DNA from: Macrostomum lignano
Lineage: Eukaryota
Length of the DNA stretch: 64,000 nucleotides
Assembly: GCA_002269645.1 (NCBI GenBank)
Contig: NIVC01000713.1
Location: forward strand, 124,001-188,000
Direction: 5' to 3'
Within the stretch, counting starts at the first letter, position 1. Each line of letters begins with the position of its first letter. Position numbers and translations under genes: made by a program. Shown here piece after piece: positions 22,775-34,497 of this stretch. Below the pieces are notes generated by a model. That model was not told the origin of the DNA. It searched no databases and saw only the letters and a program-made list of their open reading frames with translations.

Positions 22775-23680
22775 TGCACTTCCGAACAGGTGACATCTCT
22801 GTCTAACTGCACTTTCCACTTCTGAACAGGTGACATCTCTGTCTAACTGCACTTTCCACTTCCGAACAGGTGACATCTCTGTCTAACTGCAGGTTCCACT
22901 TCCGAACAGGTGACATATCTGTCTAACTGCACTTTCCACTTCCGAACAGGTGACATCTCTGTCTAACTGCAGGTTCCACTTCCGAACAGGTGACATATCT
23001 GTCTAACTGCACTTTCCACTTCCGAACAGGTGACATCTCTGTCTAACTGCACTTTCCACTTCCGAACAGGTGACATCTCTGTCTAACTGCAGGTTCCACT
23101 TCTGAACAGGTGACATCTCTGTCTAACTGTAGGTTGCACTTCTGAACAGGTGACATCTCTGTCTAACTGCACTTTCCACTTCCGAACAGGTGACATCTCT
23201 GTCTAACTGCAGGTTCCACTTCCGAACAGGTGACATATCTGTCTAACTGCACTTTCCACTTCCGAACAGGTGACATCTCTGTCTAACTGCAGGTTTCACT
23301 TCTGAACAGGTGACATCTCTGTCTAACTGTAGGTTGCACTTCTGAACAGGTGACATCTCTGTCTAACTGCACTTTCCACTTCTGAACAGGTGACATCTCT
23401 GTCTAACTGCACTTTCCACTTCCGAACAGGTGACATCTCTGTCTAACTGCAGGTTCCACTTCCGAACAGGTGACATCTCTGTCCAACTGCAGGTTCCACT
23501 TCCGAACAGGTGACATATCTGTCTAACGGCAGGTTTCACTTCTGAACAGGTGACATCTCTGTCCAACTGCACTTTCCACTTCTGAACAGGTGACATCTCT
23601 GTCCAACTGCACTTTCCACTTCTGAACAGGTGACATCTCTGTCTAACTGCAGGTTCCACTTCTGAACAGGTGACATCACA
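22775..23680. repeat. 40-bp tandem repeat (CACTTCCGAACAGGTGACATCTCTGTCTAACTGCACTTTC)
   Basis: Strict 40-bp period, about 22 units, no unique spacers. Confidence 0.93.
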
Positions 23681-24220
23681 ATATAGCATATTCCTTGATC
23701 AGAACGAAAGCATGAGTAAACAGTAACATCTATGTTTATAAGTGTTAGAATTTGCAGCCCAGCCAAAAAATCTCATTTGCACCAGCAGCGAATGCCCCGA
23801 GTTGAGAGCTGTTCGTTCGTTCTCAACCTCGGAGAGAAAAACCCGAGCATTCTGCCCCTTCCTACTGCAAACTCAATTTGCTAAACATTTTCGAGAAAAT
23901 TCTCCCCGACACGCAATGGAGGAACTGGAACAGGGGGGGATAGGAAAGAATCGAGTCTTAAGAGACTTTAGAGCAGGGCTTAGCAAAATTTTCGACAATA
24001 ATCTAAATGAATGCATCAGCTAAAATGCAAACAAACAGATGCACAAAAACTGATGCTTGTTTTTTTATTTTTGTTAGAAAAATCTTCAAAAGTGTCTCTG
24101 TTAATGAATGATGCACAACATTTTCAATTAAAAAGACTGAATTCAAGCATTGTTAAGTGTAGCATGCAGTCAGGTCTGCTAGGAGTTGCTGCTTCTTGCT
24201 CTCGTTTTACAGTAGCATTG

Positions 24221-27200
24221 GCTACAGACTCTCCAGCTACAGACTCTACAGCTACAGACTCTGCAGCTACAGACTCTCCAGCTACAGACTCTACAGCTAC
24301 AGACTCTACAGCTACAGACTCTACAGCTACAGACTCTACAGCTACAGACTCTACAGCTACAGACTCTCCAGCTACAGACTCTACAGCTACAGACTCTGCA
24401 GCTACAGACTCTACAGCTACAGACTCTACAGCTACAGACTCTACAGCTACAGACTCTACAGCTACAGACTCTACAGCTACAGACTCTACAGCTACAGACT
24501 CTACAGCTACAGACTCTACAGCTACAGAATCTACAGCTACAGACTCTACAGCTTCAGACTCTACAGCTACAGACTCTCCAGCTACAGACTCTACAGCTAC
24601 AGACTCTCCAGCTACAGACCCTACAGCTACAGACTCTACAGCTACAGACTCTACAGCTACAGACTCTCCAGCTACAGACTCTACAGCTACAGACTCTCCA
24701 GCTACAGACTCTACAGCTACAGACTCTGCAGCTACAGACTCTACAGCTACAGACTCTCCAGCTACAGACTCTACAGCTACAGACTCTACAGCTACAGACT
24801 CTACAGCTACAGACTCTCCAGCTACAGACTCTCCAGCTACAGACTCTACAGCTACAGACTCTGCAGCTACAGACTCTACAGTTACAGACTCTACAGCTAC
24901 AGACTCTACAGCTACAGACTCTACAGCTACAGACTCTCCAGCTACAGACTCTCCAGCTACAGACTCTACAGCTACAGACTCTGCAGCTACAGACTCTACA
25001 GCTACAGACTCTACAGCTACAGACTCTACAGCTACAGACTCTCCAGCTACAGACTCTGCAGCTACAGACTCTACAGCTACAGACTCTGCAGCTACAGACT
25101 CTACAGCTACAGAATCTCCAGCTACAGACTCTCCAGCTACAGACTCTACAGCTACAGACTCTGCAGCTACAGACTCTACAGCTACAGACTCTCCAGCTAC
25201 AGACTCTACAGCTACAGAATCTCCAGCTACAGACTCTCCAGCTACAGACTCTGCAGCTACAGACTCTACAGCTACAGACTCTACAGCTACAGACTCTACA
25301 GCTACAGACTCTACAGCTACAGAATCTCCAGCTACAGACTCTACAGCTACAGACTCTCCAGCTACAGACTCTACAGCTACAGACTCTGCAGCTACAGACT
25401 CTACAGCTACAGACTCTACAGCTACAGACTCTACAGCTACAGAATCTCCAGCTACAGACTCTACAGCTACAGACTCTACAGCTACAGACTCTGCAGCTAC
25501 AGACTCTACAGCTACAGACTCTGCAGCTACAGACTCTACAGCTACAGACTCTACAGCTACAGACTCTACAGCTACAGACTCTACAGCTACAGACTCTACA
25601 GCTACAGAATCTACAGCTACAGACTCTACAGCTACAGACTCTACAGCTTCAGACTCTACAGCTACAGACTCTCCAGCTACAGACTCTACAGCTACAGACT
25701 CTCCAGCTACAGACTCTACAGCAACAGACTCTCCAGCTACAGACTCTACAGCTACAGACTCTACAGCTACAGACTCTACAGCTACAGACTCTGCAGCTAC
25801 AGACTCTACAGTTACAGACTCTACAGCTACAGACTCTACAGCTACAGACTCTACAGCTACAGACTCTCCAGCTACAGACTCTACAGCTACAGACTCTCCA
25901 GCTACAGACTCTACAGCTACAGACTCTGCAGCTACAGACTCTACAGCTACAGACTCTACAGCTACAGACTCTACAGCTACAGACTCTCCAGCTACAGACT
26001 CTGCAGCTACAGACTCTACAGCTACAGACTCTGCAGCTACAGACTCTACAGCTACAGAATCTCCAGCTACAGACTCTCCAGCTACAGACTCTACAGCTAC
26101 AGACTCTGCAGCTACAGACTCTACAGCTACAGACTCTGCAGCTACAGACTCTACAGCTACAGACTCTCCAGCTACAGACTCTACAGCTACAGAATCTCCA
26201 GCTACAGACTCTCCAGCTACAGACTCTGCAGCTACAGACTCTACAGCTACAGACTCTACAGCTACAGACTCTACAGCTACAGACTCTACAGCTACAGAAT
26301 CTCCAGCTACAGACTCTACAGCTACAGACTCTCCAGCTACAGACTCTACAGCTACAGACTCTGCAGCTACAGACTCTACAGCTACAGACTCTCCAGCTAC
26401 AGACTCTGCAGCTACAGACTCTACAGCTACAGACTCTACAGCTACAGACTCTACAGCTACAGAATCTCCAGCTACAGACTCTCCAGCTACAGACTCTCCA
26501 GCTACAGACTCTACAGCTACAGAATCTCCAGCTACAGACTCTCCAGCTACAGACTCTACAGCTACAGACTCTACAGCTACAGACTCTGCAGCTACAGACT
26601 CTGCAGCTACAGACTCTACAGCTACAGACTCTACAGCTACAGACTCTGCAGCTACAGACTCTACAGCTACAGACTCTACAGCTACAGACTCTACAGCTAC
26701 AGACTCTCCAGCTACAGACTCTCCAGCTACAGACTCTCCAGCTACAGACTCTCCAGCTACAGACTCTACAGCTACAGACTCTACAGCTACAGACTCTACA
26801 GCTACAGAATCTCCAGCTACAGACTCTACAGCTACAGACTCTACAGCTACAGACTCTCCAGCTACAGACTCTACAGCTACAGACTCTCCAGCTACAGACT
26901 CTACAGCTACAGACTCTACAGCTACAGACTCTACAGCTACAGACTCTCCAGCTACAGACTCTCCAGCTACAGACTCTGCAGCTACAGACCCTACAGCTAC
27001 AGACTCTACAGCTACAGACTCTACAGCTACAGACTCTCCAGCTACAGACTCTCCAGCTACAGACTCTCCAGCTACAGACTCTCCAGCTACAGACTCTACA
27101 GCTACAGACTCTGCAGCTACAGACTCTGCAGCTACAGAATCTCCAGCTACAGACTCTACAGCTACAGACTCTCCAGCTACAGACTCTACAGCTACAGACT

Positions 27201-27282
27201 CTACAGCTACAGACTCTACAGCTACAGAATCTCCAGCTACAGACTCTCCAGCTACAGACTCTCCAGCTTCAGACTCTACAGC
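24221..27282. repeat. 15-bp tandem array (GCTACAGACTCTACA), about 204 units
   Basis: Homogeneous array with A/C/G variants at one position; reads as ATDST in one frame. Confidence 0.95.
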
Positions 27283-27315
27283 TAGATTCTGATCCTCAGT
27301 TACCTGAGGCCCTAA

Positions 27316-27503
27316 CTTTATTTATCATTAGGCATGTACACTTCACTGTGCCTTGGGGGTTGGCCCTCAATGGCGTTAATTGCACGAACAGAGCCAAGCT
27401 GAGATTCCAATTGAGCCTTAAATTAATGTGACTGTAGTTGGAATCGAGCCTGGGCGGCTGACACATCAGAGCGCAGCGCCAGACCACTACGGCTCCCAGA
27501 GGC
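27316..27503 (-). mobile_element. tRNA-derived SINE, copy 2
   Basis: B box GGCTCGATTCC (27450-27440), degenerate A box, retained anticodon-arm-like segment. The body aligns with 6159-6326. Confidence 0.7.
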
Positions 27504-27542
27504 ACCGCAATACAAGCATAACTCGAAAACTGAACACAGCAC

Positions 27543-30500
27543 CTAAACATCCCCCACAGCAACGCAAATCTCTCCGCTCTCGAGCACCGATCTGAAGCGA
27601 GTAACTCGGATTTTCAAATCCTTCAAAGCCGAATTCGCTGGCATCATCAGCAGCCGCTCCAGACAGGCGACCGAGTCCGGGGCAGACAGGCTCGAGTCAA
27701 CGTTCACTGAGTCCAGGCTGTGCTTGAGCACGCACTGATCGGCCAACTCGCTGACGACACTCCAGTTAGCGGCTCTGCTGCCTCCTGACTGCTGACTGAA
27801 GTCAGTGGGTTTGATAAGTACATCGATAATGTAGCTGTCAAACTGAGAGCCATTTCATGGGGCAATCTGGCATCCTTCCACTGTGGAATCTGGCATCATT
27901 CCTTAGTGGAATCTGGCATCATTCCATCATGGAATCTGACATCACTCCATAGTGGAATCTGACATCACTCCTTAGTGGAATCTGGCATCATTTCTTAGTG
28001 GAATCTGACATCATTCCTTAGTGGAATCTGACATCATTCCATCATGGAATCTGGCATCACTCCTTAGTGGAATCTGACATCATTCCATCATGGAATCTGA
28101 CATCACTCCTTAGTGGAATCTGGCATCATTCCTTAGTGGAATCTGACATCATTCCTTAGTGGAATCTGACATCACTCCTTAGTGGAATCTGACATCATTC
28201 CATCATGGAATCTGGCATAACTCCTTAGTGGAATCTGACATCATTCCATAGTGGAATCTGGCATCACTCCTTAGTGGAATCTGAAATCATTCAACTGTGG
28301 AATCTGGCATCATGCCATCATGGAACCTGGCATCATGCCATCATGGAATCTGGCATCATTCCATCATGGAATCTGGCATCATTCCATCATGGAATCTGGC
28401 ATCATTCCACTGTGGAATCCGGCATCATTCCATCATGGAATCTGACATCATTCCATCATGGAATCTGGCATAACGTTGACAGAAAAGCGCCTGGCCACAC
28501 CTGTCAGATGCCGCAGACCGATCACTGCCCATCTCGCTATCGCCGGCATCCAATCGAATCAAGGCTTCGAGCAGCTGGAAGGCCGGATTCCTGGCCGGCA
28601 CCACAACCGGCCAGTCCGGCTTGGTAGGCGATCTGGTCACGTGACCGCTGGAGTCTTCCACAGCCACAGACAGCTTAGCCAGGTCGTATTTGCCTGTTAA
28701 ATCGAACCGATTAAAAGATTTACGAAATCGCCTGTCCGAATACAGGCGGCGGTACAAGCCGGCCAGTCCGGACACCAGCCGCAGCAGGCAGGCCTCGTAC
28801 TCGGCCAGGGTCAACGCGCCGTGCACGCTCGAATGCCTCACAACTTGAGCTCCGTGCAGCAGAATTGAAACGGCCCTTTCTAGGCGGCATATTCTATCAA
28901 ACTGAGGCTTGATTGAGGCCTGAAGTTACAGAAAAACTTTTAGATGCCGATATGTATCGAAAGTAACTTTATATATGTGAAAAAAATGTGTTTTCAAAAA
29001 CTACTTTTCTAAACTTATCGATTGTAATTCGATTTGATTTGATTTCGATTTTAAAATGCGCTTAATGCTACTTAGAGCCGAAAATTCGCATCTAGCACCA
29101 CTATAAGAGAACAGCAGGAGCAAAACATGCTTGAATTGGAAATTTTAAAGTAACTCGCCACCAAAATCGGCACTCACATTTTATGGTTTTTTCATACACC
29201 GTTTTCACTCTAGAACCCGGCACCCATTTCACATTGGAACCAGGCACCAGTTCCACTCTGGAACCCGGCACCAGTTCCACTCTGGAACCCGGCACCAATT
29301 CCACTCTGGAACCCGGCACCAGTTTCACTCTGGAACCCGGCACCAATTCCACTCTGGAACCCGGCACCAGTTCCACTCTGGAACCCGGCACCCATTTCAC
29401 ATTGGAACCAGGCACCAATTCCACTCTGGAACCCGGCACCAGTTTCACTCTGGAACCCGGCACCAGTTCCACTCTGGAACCCGGCACCAATTCCACTCTG
29501 GAACCCGGCACCAGTTCCACTCTGGAACCCGGCACCAATTCCACTCTGGAACCCGGCACCAGTTCCACTCTGGAACCCGGCACCAATTCCACTCTGGAAC
29601 CCGGCACCAATTCCACTCTGGAACCCGGCACCAATTCCACTCTGGAACTCGGCACCAGTTTCACTCTGGAACCCGGCACCAATTCCACTCTGGAACCCGG
29701 CACCAGTTCCACTCTGGAACTCACATCATCCGGTAGCAGTGCGGCCAGCCAAGCCTCTGGCACGTCGGCAGGATTCAAAAGCCTGTCGGAGTTCATCACG
29801 CCGACGCCGGTTTTACCGGGCGCGAACACGACTCTCCGACCCCTGAGCCGGTCGCCCAGGCCCGGCCGGGTGCTCAGCAGAGTCTCCAGGGCGCTCAGGC
29901 TGCGCAGGTAGTGGCCGAGAGTCCAGTCCGACTGCCACCGAATGCTGGCAGCCCCTGTCCGGTTGGCCAGCACCGCTTCTAACCGGCCGCAGGCGTCCGA
30001 GATTTGGTTGGAGCGCGCCGATTTTGAGCGCGCCTCAGGCGCCACCGAGACCAGCCAGCTTGACAGGTCGCTGCTGGCCGGCCGACCGGCGCTTCTGGGC
30101 GACTCTGAGCGCCAGTGGAATGCAGACTGCGGTGGCTCTTGGGGCCTGCTGGCTGACTGGGCTGGGGAGAGGGGCAATTGGTGCTGGCATTGCTTGTCGG
30201 TTGTCTGTCTGTCTGTCTGTATGCCTGTCTGTCTGTCTGCATGTCTGTCTGTGTTTCTGCCTGCCTGTCTGTCTATCTGCCTGTCTGTGTGTCTGTCTGT
30301 CTGTCTGCCTGCCTGTCTATCTATCTGTCTGTCTGTCTGTCTGTCTGTATGCCTGCCTGCCTGTCTGTCTGCCTGTCTGTCTGCATGTCTGCCTGCCTGT
30401 CTGTGTCTCTGTCTGCCTGTCTGTATGCCTGTCTGTCTGTCTGCCTGCCTGCCTGTCTGTCTGTCTGTCTGTCTGCCTGCCTGCCTGTCTGTCTGTCTGT

Positions 30501-30983
30501 CTGCCTATCTGTCTACCAATATGCCTGTCTGTCTGCCTATCTGTCTACCAATATGTCTGTCTGTCTGTCTGCCTGTCTGTGTGTCTGTCTGTCTGCCTGT
30601 TCGTCACAGCTCTCACCAGCAGCTCCGGCAGAAGCGCTGCCGTCCAGCTGTCCGAGAATCTGCCTCACAGAATCGTCCAACCGGCCGCTGCTGGCCGTCA
30701 CGCTGAGAGTCGCGGCCTCCCCGGAAGCGCCGGCCCGTTTCAAAAAGAACTGAAATGAGTGACGGGAGCCGCGAACCACCCGGCCCTGGCTGAGGTCGCT
30801 CAGCAGCAGGTGCAGGCGCTGCAGGGAAGCCAAGTTCACCGCCTGCACCTTCGGCTCGGTCTCGAACAGATCCGGGTGCACCGCCTGCAGCAGCGGCTTC
30901 AGCGATTTCAGCGCCTTCGAGTAGGTCATGCAGCAGCGGCGGCAGATTCTCAGCGCCAAGTTCGGAGTGTTGGCGAGCAGCAT
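27543..30983 (-). CDS. TCAIM: T-cell activation inhibitor, mitochondrial-like (DUF4460/DUF4461), about 491 aa. Exons 30983-30617, 30161-29725, 28919-28501, 27795-27543
   Basis: LKPLLQAVHPDLF..VNLASLQRL, IRWQSDW, LLHGAQV..LTLAEY, SVLESGEICV, and an Arg-containing N-terminal presequence. The last acceptor position is less certain. Confidence 0.88.
27868..28472. repeat. About 23-bp minisatellite (GTGGAATCTGACATCATTCCTTA), TCAIM intron
   Basis: About 26 units. Confidence 0.88.
29203..29722. repeat. 24-bp minisatellite (CTCTGGAACCCGGCACCAGTTCCA), TCAIM intron
   Basis: About 21 units starting at the GTGAGT donor; source of the LEPGTSST/SRVELVPG ORFs. Confidence 0.92.
30202..30600. repeat. (CTGT/CTGC)n microsatellite, TCAIM intron
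   Basis: Tetranucleotide array. Confidence 0.92.
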
Positions 30984-31164
30984 CAGAGCGCCATTGGCTG
31001 GGTGCCAACACTGCAGCGGATTTGTGTTTATGCAAGTGTTTATTAGACAGCTGGAACTCAGCTTGCTGTGTCTCTTTATCAAATCTGTCAGTACACCAAC
31101 TCTGTTCTCAGTGAGCTGCAAACTGTCTCTGACCAGTGCTACCTCAATCTCTCTCTTCCTAATC

Positions 31165-32345
31165 ATTCACCCTCTCTCCCTGTTCCTGTTCATCCTCTCT
31201 TCCTGTCCCTGTTCACCCTCTTTCCTCTGTCCCTGTTCACCCTCTCTCCCTGTCCCTGTTAACCCTCCCTCCCTGTCCCTGTTCACCCTCTCTCCCTATC
31301 CCTGTTCACCCTCTCTCCCTGTCCCTGTTCATCCTCTCTTCCTGTCCCTGTTCACCCTCTCTCCATGTCCCTGTTCACCCTCTCTCCCTATCCCTGTTCA
31401 CCCTCTCTTCCTGTCCCTGTTCACCCTCTCTTCCTGTCCCTGTTCACCCTCTCTCCATGTCCCTGTTCACCCTCTCTCCCTATCCCTGTTCACCCTCTCT
31501 CCCTATCCCTGTTCACCCTCTCTCCATGTCCCTGTTCACCCTCTCTCCCTATCCCTGTTCACCCTCTCTTCCTGTCCCTGTTCACCCTCTCTCCATGTCC
31601 CTGTTCACCCTCTCTCCATGTCCCTGCTCACCCTCTTCTCCCTGTCCCTGTTCACCCTCTCTCCATGTCCCTGTTCACCCTCTCTCCATGTCCCTGTTCA
31701 CCCTCTCCCTGTCCCTGTTCACCCTCTCTCCCTGTCCCTGTTCACCCTCTCTCCCTGTCCCTGTTCACCCTCTCTCCCTGTCCCTGTTCACCCTCTCTCC
31801 CTGTCCCTGTTGACCCTCTCTCCCTGTCCCTCTTAACCCTCTCTCCCTGTCCCTGTTGACCCCCTCTCCCTGTCCCTGTTCACCCTTTCTCCCTGTCCCT
31901 GTTCACCCTCTTTCCCTGTCCCTGTTCACCCTCTCTGTCCCTGTTGACCCTCTCTCGCTGTCCCTGTTCACCCTCTCTCCCTGTCCCTGTTCACCCTCTC
32001 TGCCTGTCCCTGTTCACCCTCTCTCCCTGTCCCTGTTCACCCTCTCTCCCTGTCCCTGTTGACCCTCTCTCCCTGTCCCTGTTCACCCTCTCTCCCTGTC
32101 CCTGTTCACCCTCTCTCCCTGTCCCTGTTCACCCTCTCTCCCTGTCCCTGTTCACCCTCTCCATGTCCCTGTTCACCCTCTCTCCCTGTCCCTGTTCACC
32201 CTCTCTCCCTGTCCCTGTTCACCCTCTCTCCCTGTCCCTGTTCACCCTCTCTCCCTGTCCCTGTTCACCCTCTCTCCCTGTCCCTGTTCACCCTCTCTCC
32301 CTGTCCCTGTTGACCCTCTCTCCCTGTCCCTTCATCCTCTCTCCC
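31165..32345. repeat. About 23-bp pyrimidine-rich minisatellite (CCCTGTCCCTGTTCACCCTCTCT)
   Basis: About 50 units upstream of the TCAIM coding start. Confidence 0.92.
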
Positions 32346-32659
32346 CACCATCACTTCCCGCACATGGTCCATAAGCTGTCAGCTCAAAAGTAGCAAAAAC
32401 AAAAATGAATGAATATCTATAGAGGACGCAAAACCATTAACACAACAAAACGATTTATGATATAATGAAGCCTGTGAACTTATTATTCTCCTTGCTCGGA
32501 CATTTTACATGTATATTAGGTTCTCAATAATATTTCGCACTGCTGACACGCCACGGACAAAAAAATGTCGAAAAAAGCAAGCGACCAACAAAAATGACAC
32601 CAACGGAGAATGCAGAAATCTCTCGTAATCTTTTAATAAGCAGTCAACACCTGTGATTT

Positions 32660-33270
32660 TTCAGGCAGTCACCAACCCCTGAATCTTCAGACAGTCACCA
32701 ACCCCTGATCTGAATCTTCAGGTGGTCACCAACCTCTGAATCTTCAGGCAGTCACCAACCCCTGATCTGAATCTTCAGGTGGTCACCAACCCCTGAATCT
32801 TCAGACAGTCACCAACCCCTGATCTGAATCTTCAGGTGGTAACCAACCCCTGATCTGAATCTTCAGGTGGTAACCAACCTCTGATCTGAATCTTCAGGCA
32901 GTCACCAACCTCTGATCTGAATCTTCAGGCAGTCACCAACCTCTGATCTGAATCTTCAGGCAGTCACCAACCCATGATCTGAATCTTCAGGTGGTCACCA
33001 ACCTCTGAATCTTCAGGCAGTCACCAATCCCCGAATCTTTAGGCAGTCACCAACCTCTGATCTGAATCTTCAGGCAGTCACCAACCTCTGATCTGAATCT
33101 TCAGGCAGTCACCAACCCCTGATCTGAATCTTCAGGTGGTCACCAACCCTCGAATCTTCAGGCAGTCACCAACCCCTGATCTGAATCTTCAGGTGGTCAC
33201 CAAACGGAAACCTGATTCTTCAGGCAGTCATCAAACCTGATTCTTCAGGCAGTCACCAACACTGAATCTT
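32660..33270. repeat. 26/31-bp minisatellite (TTCAGGCAGTCACCAACCCCTGATCTGAATC)
   Basis: About 21 units of two length variants. Confidence 0.88.
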
Positions 33271-33908
33271 CAGGGTGGGGTAAGTCACCACTCCCCATTA
33301 CAGGAGGAAACAGAAGTAAATAAAATAATAAATCATATTGAGACGAAAATACAGCTTTGAAGCATTGATATCTAACGACAAAACAGTAAGCAGACAAAGT
33401 GTAAGATAAGATATGAAAATAACTTCAACACACTTTAAATTATACTGAGAGATGAAATGTTTTTACAGAATGCGAGTAGATTATCATTGCTTAGGTCAGG
33501 CATCACTTTGAGCAACACCAACAAGAGTCGATGACAACGAACGAAAACAATTAACGAACACCAGAAAATATGAGTATGATTAATGAGTTCTCTGAAGCAT
33601 TGTATTTGCTTGAATTATAGTTTGGACTGTGACATCAAAGCAGTATTTTATCAACTAAGAAATTTTTAAAACGATAAAGTTCCAACCAGTCTAATTTGTC
33701 TTATGCTTAATAAGGCATGTCAGACTGATGAGACTAAATAGCGCCGAACAGCAGGGATAAGCATCAGGGAGACACCAACAACAGGCGGATAAAATATTTG
33801 CAAAATAACCTGGATAAGTAATTACCTCTTATTAAACTCGATATTATTATTGAATAGCAGCACCGCTACTTGTATGCAGGAAAAGCAAAATAAAACTCGA
33901 ATGAAAAA

Positions 33909-33910
33909 GC

Positions 33911-33946
<36 letters not shown>

Positions 33947-33972
33947 TAACAGACAGACAGACTGACAGACAC

Positions 33973-34003
<31 letters not shown>

Positions 34004-34067
34004 CTAAGACAGACAGACAGACAGACAGACACTAAGACAGATAGACAGACAGACAGACCGACAGACT

Positions 34068-34147
<80 letters not shown>

Positions 34148-34162
34148 CTAAGACAGACAGAC

Positions 34163-34217
<55 letters not shown>

Positions 34218-34272
34218 CACAGGTAGACAGACAGACAGACACACAGACAGACAGACAGACAGACACTAACAG

Positions 34273-34304
<32 letters not shown>

Positions 34305-34325
34305 TCAGACAGACAGACATGACAC
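33909..34325. repeat. (CAGA)n microsatellite
   Basis: Tetranucleotide array. Confidence 0.93.
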
Positions 34326-34497
34326 ACAGAAGGTTAAAGATTAAAAACGGCAGAGCCCAAAAGAAAAAAAGCAAAGCCAGAAAAATCAGCAATCACTCAG
34401 CCAATCCAGACACACAGATTCCTTAGAGCTTGCAGCTACCAACATCTCGGCAATGATCAGCCAGAGAGCAGCCAGAGAGCACAACAGACAACAAAGG

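Noticed and set aside
22775-23680. 40-bp (and 52-bp at 56075-56702) regular repeats as CRISPR arrays
   Set aside because: Units are contiguous with no unique spacers, there are no cas genes, and the context is eukaryotic.
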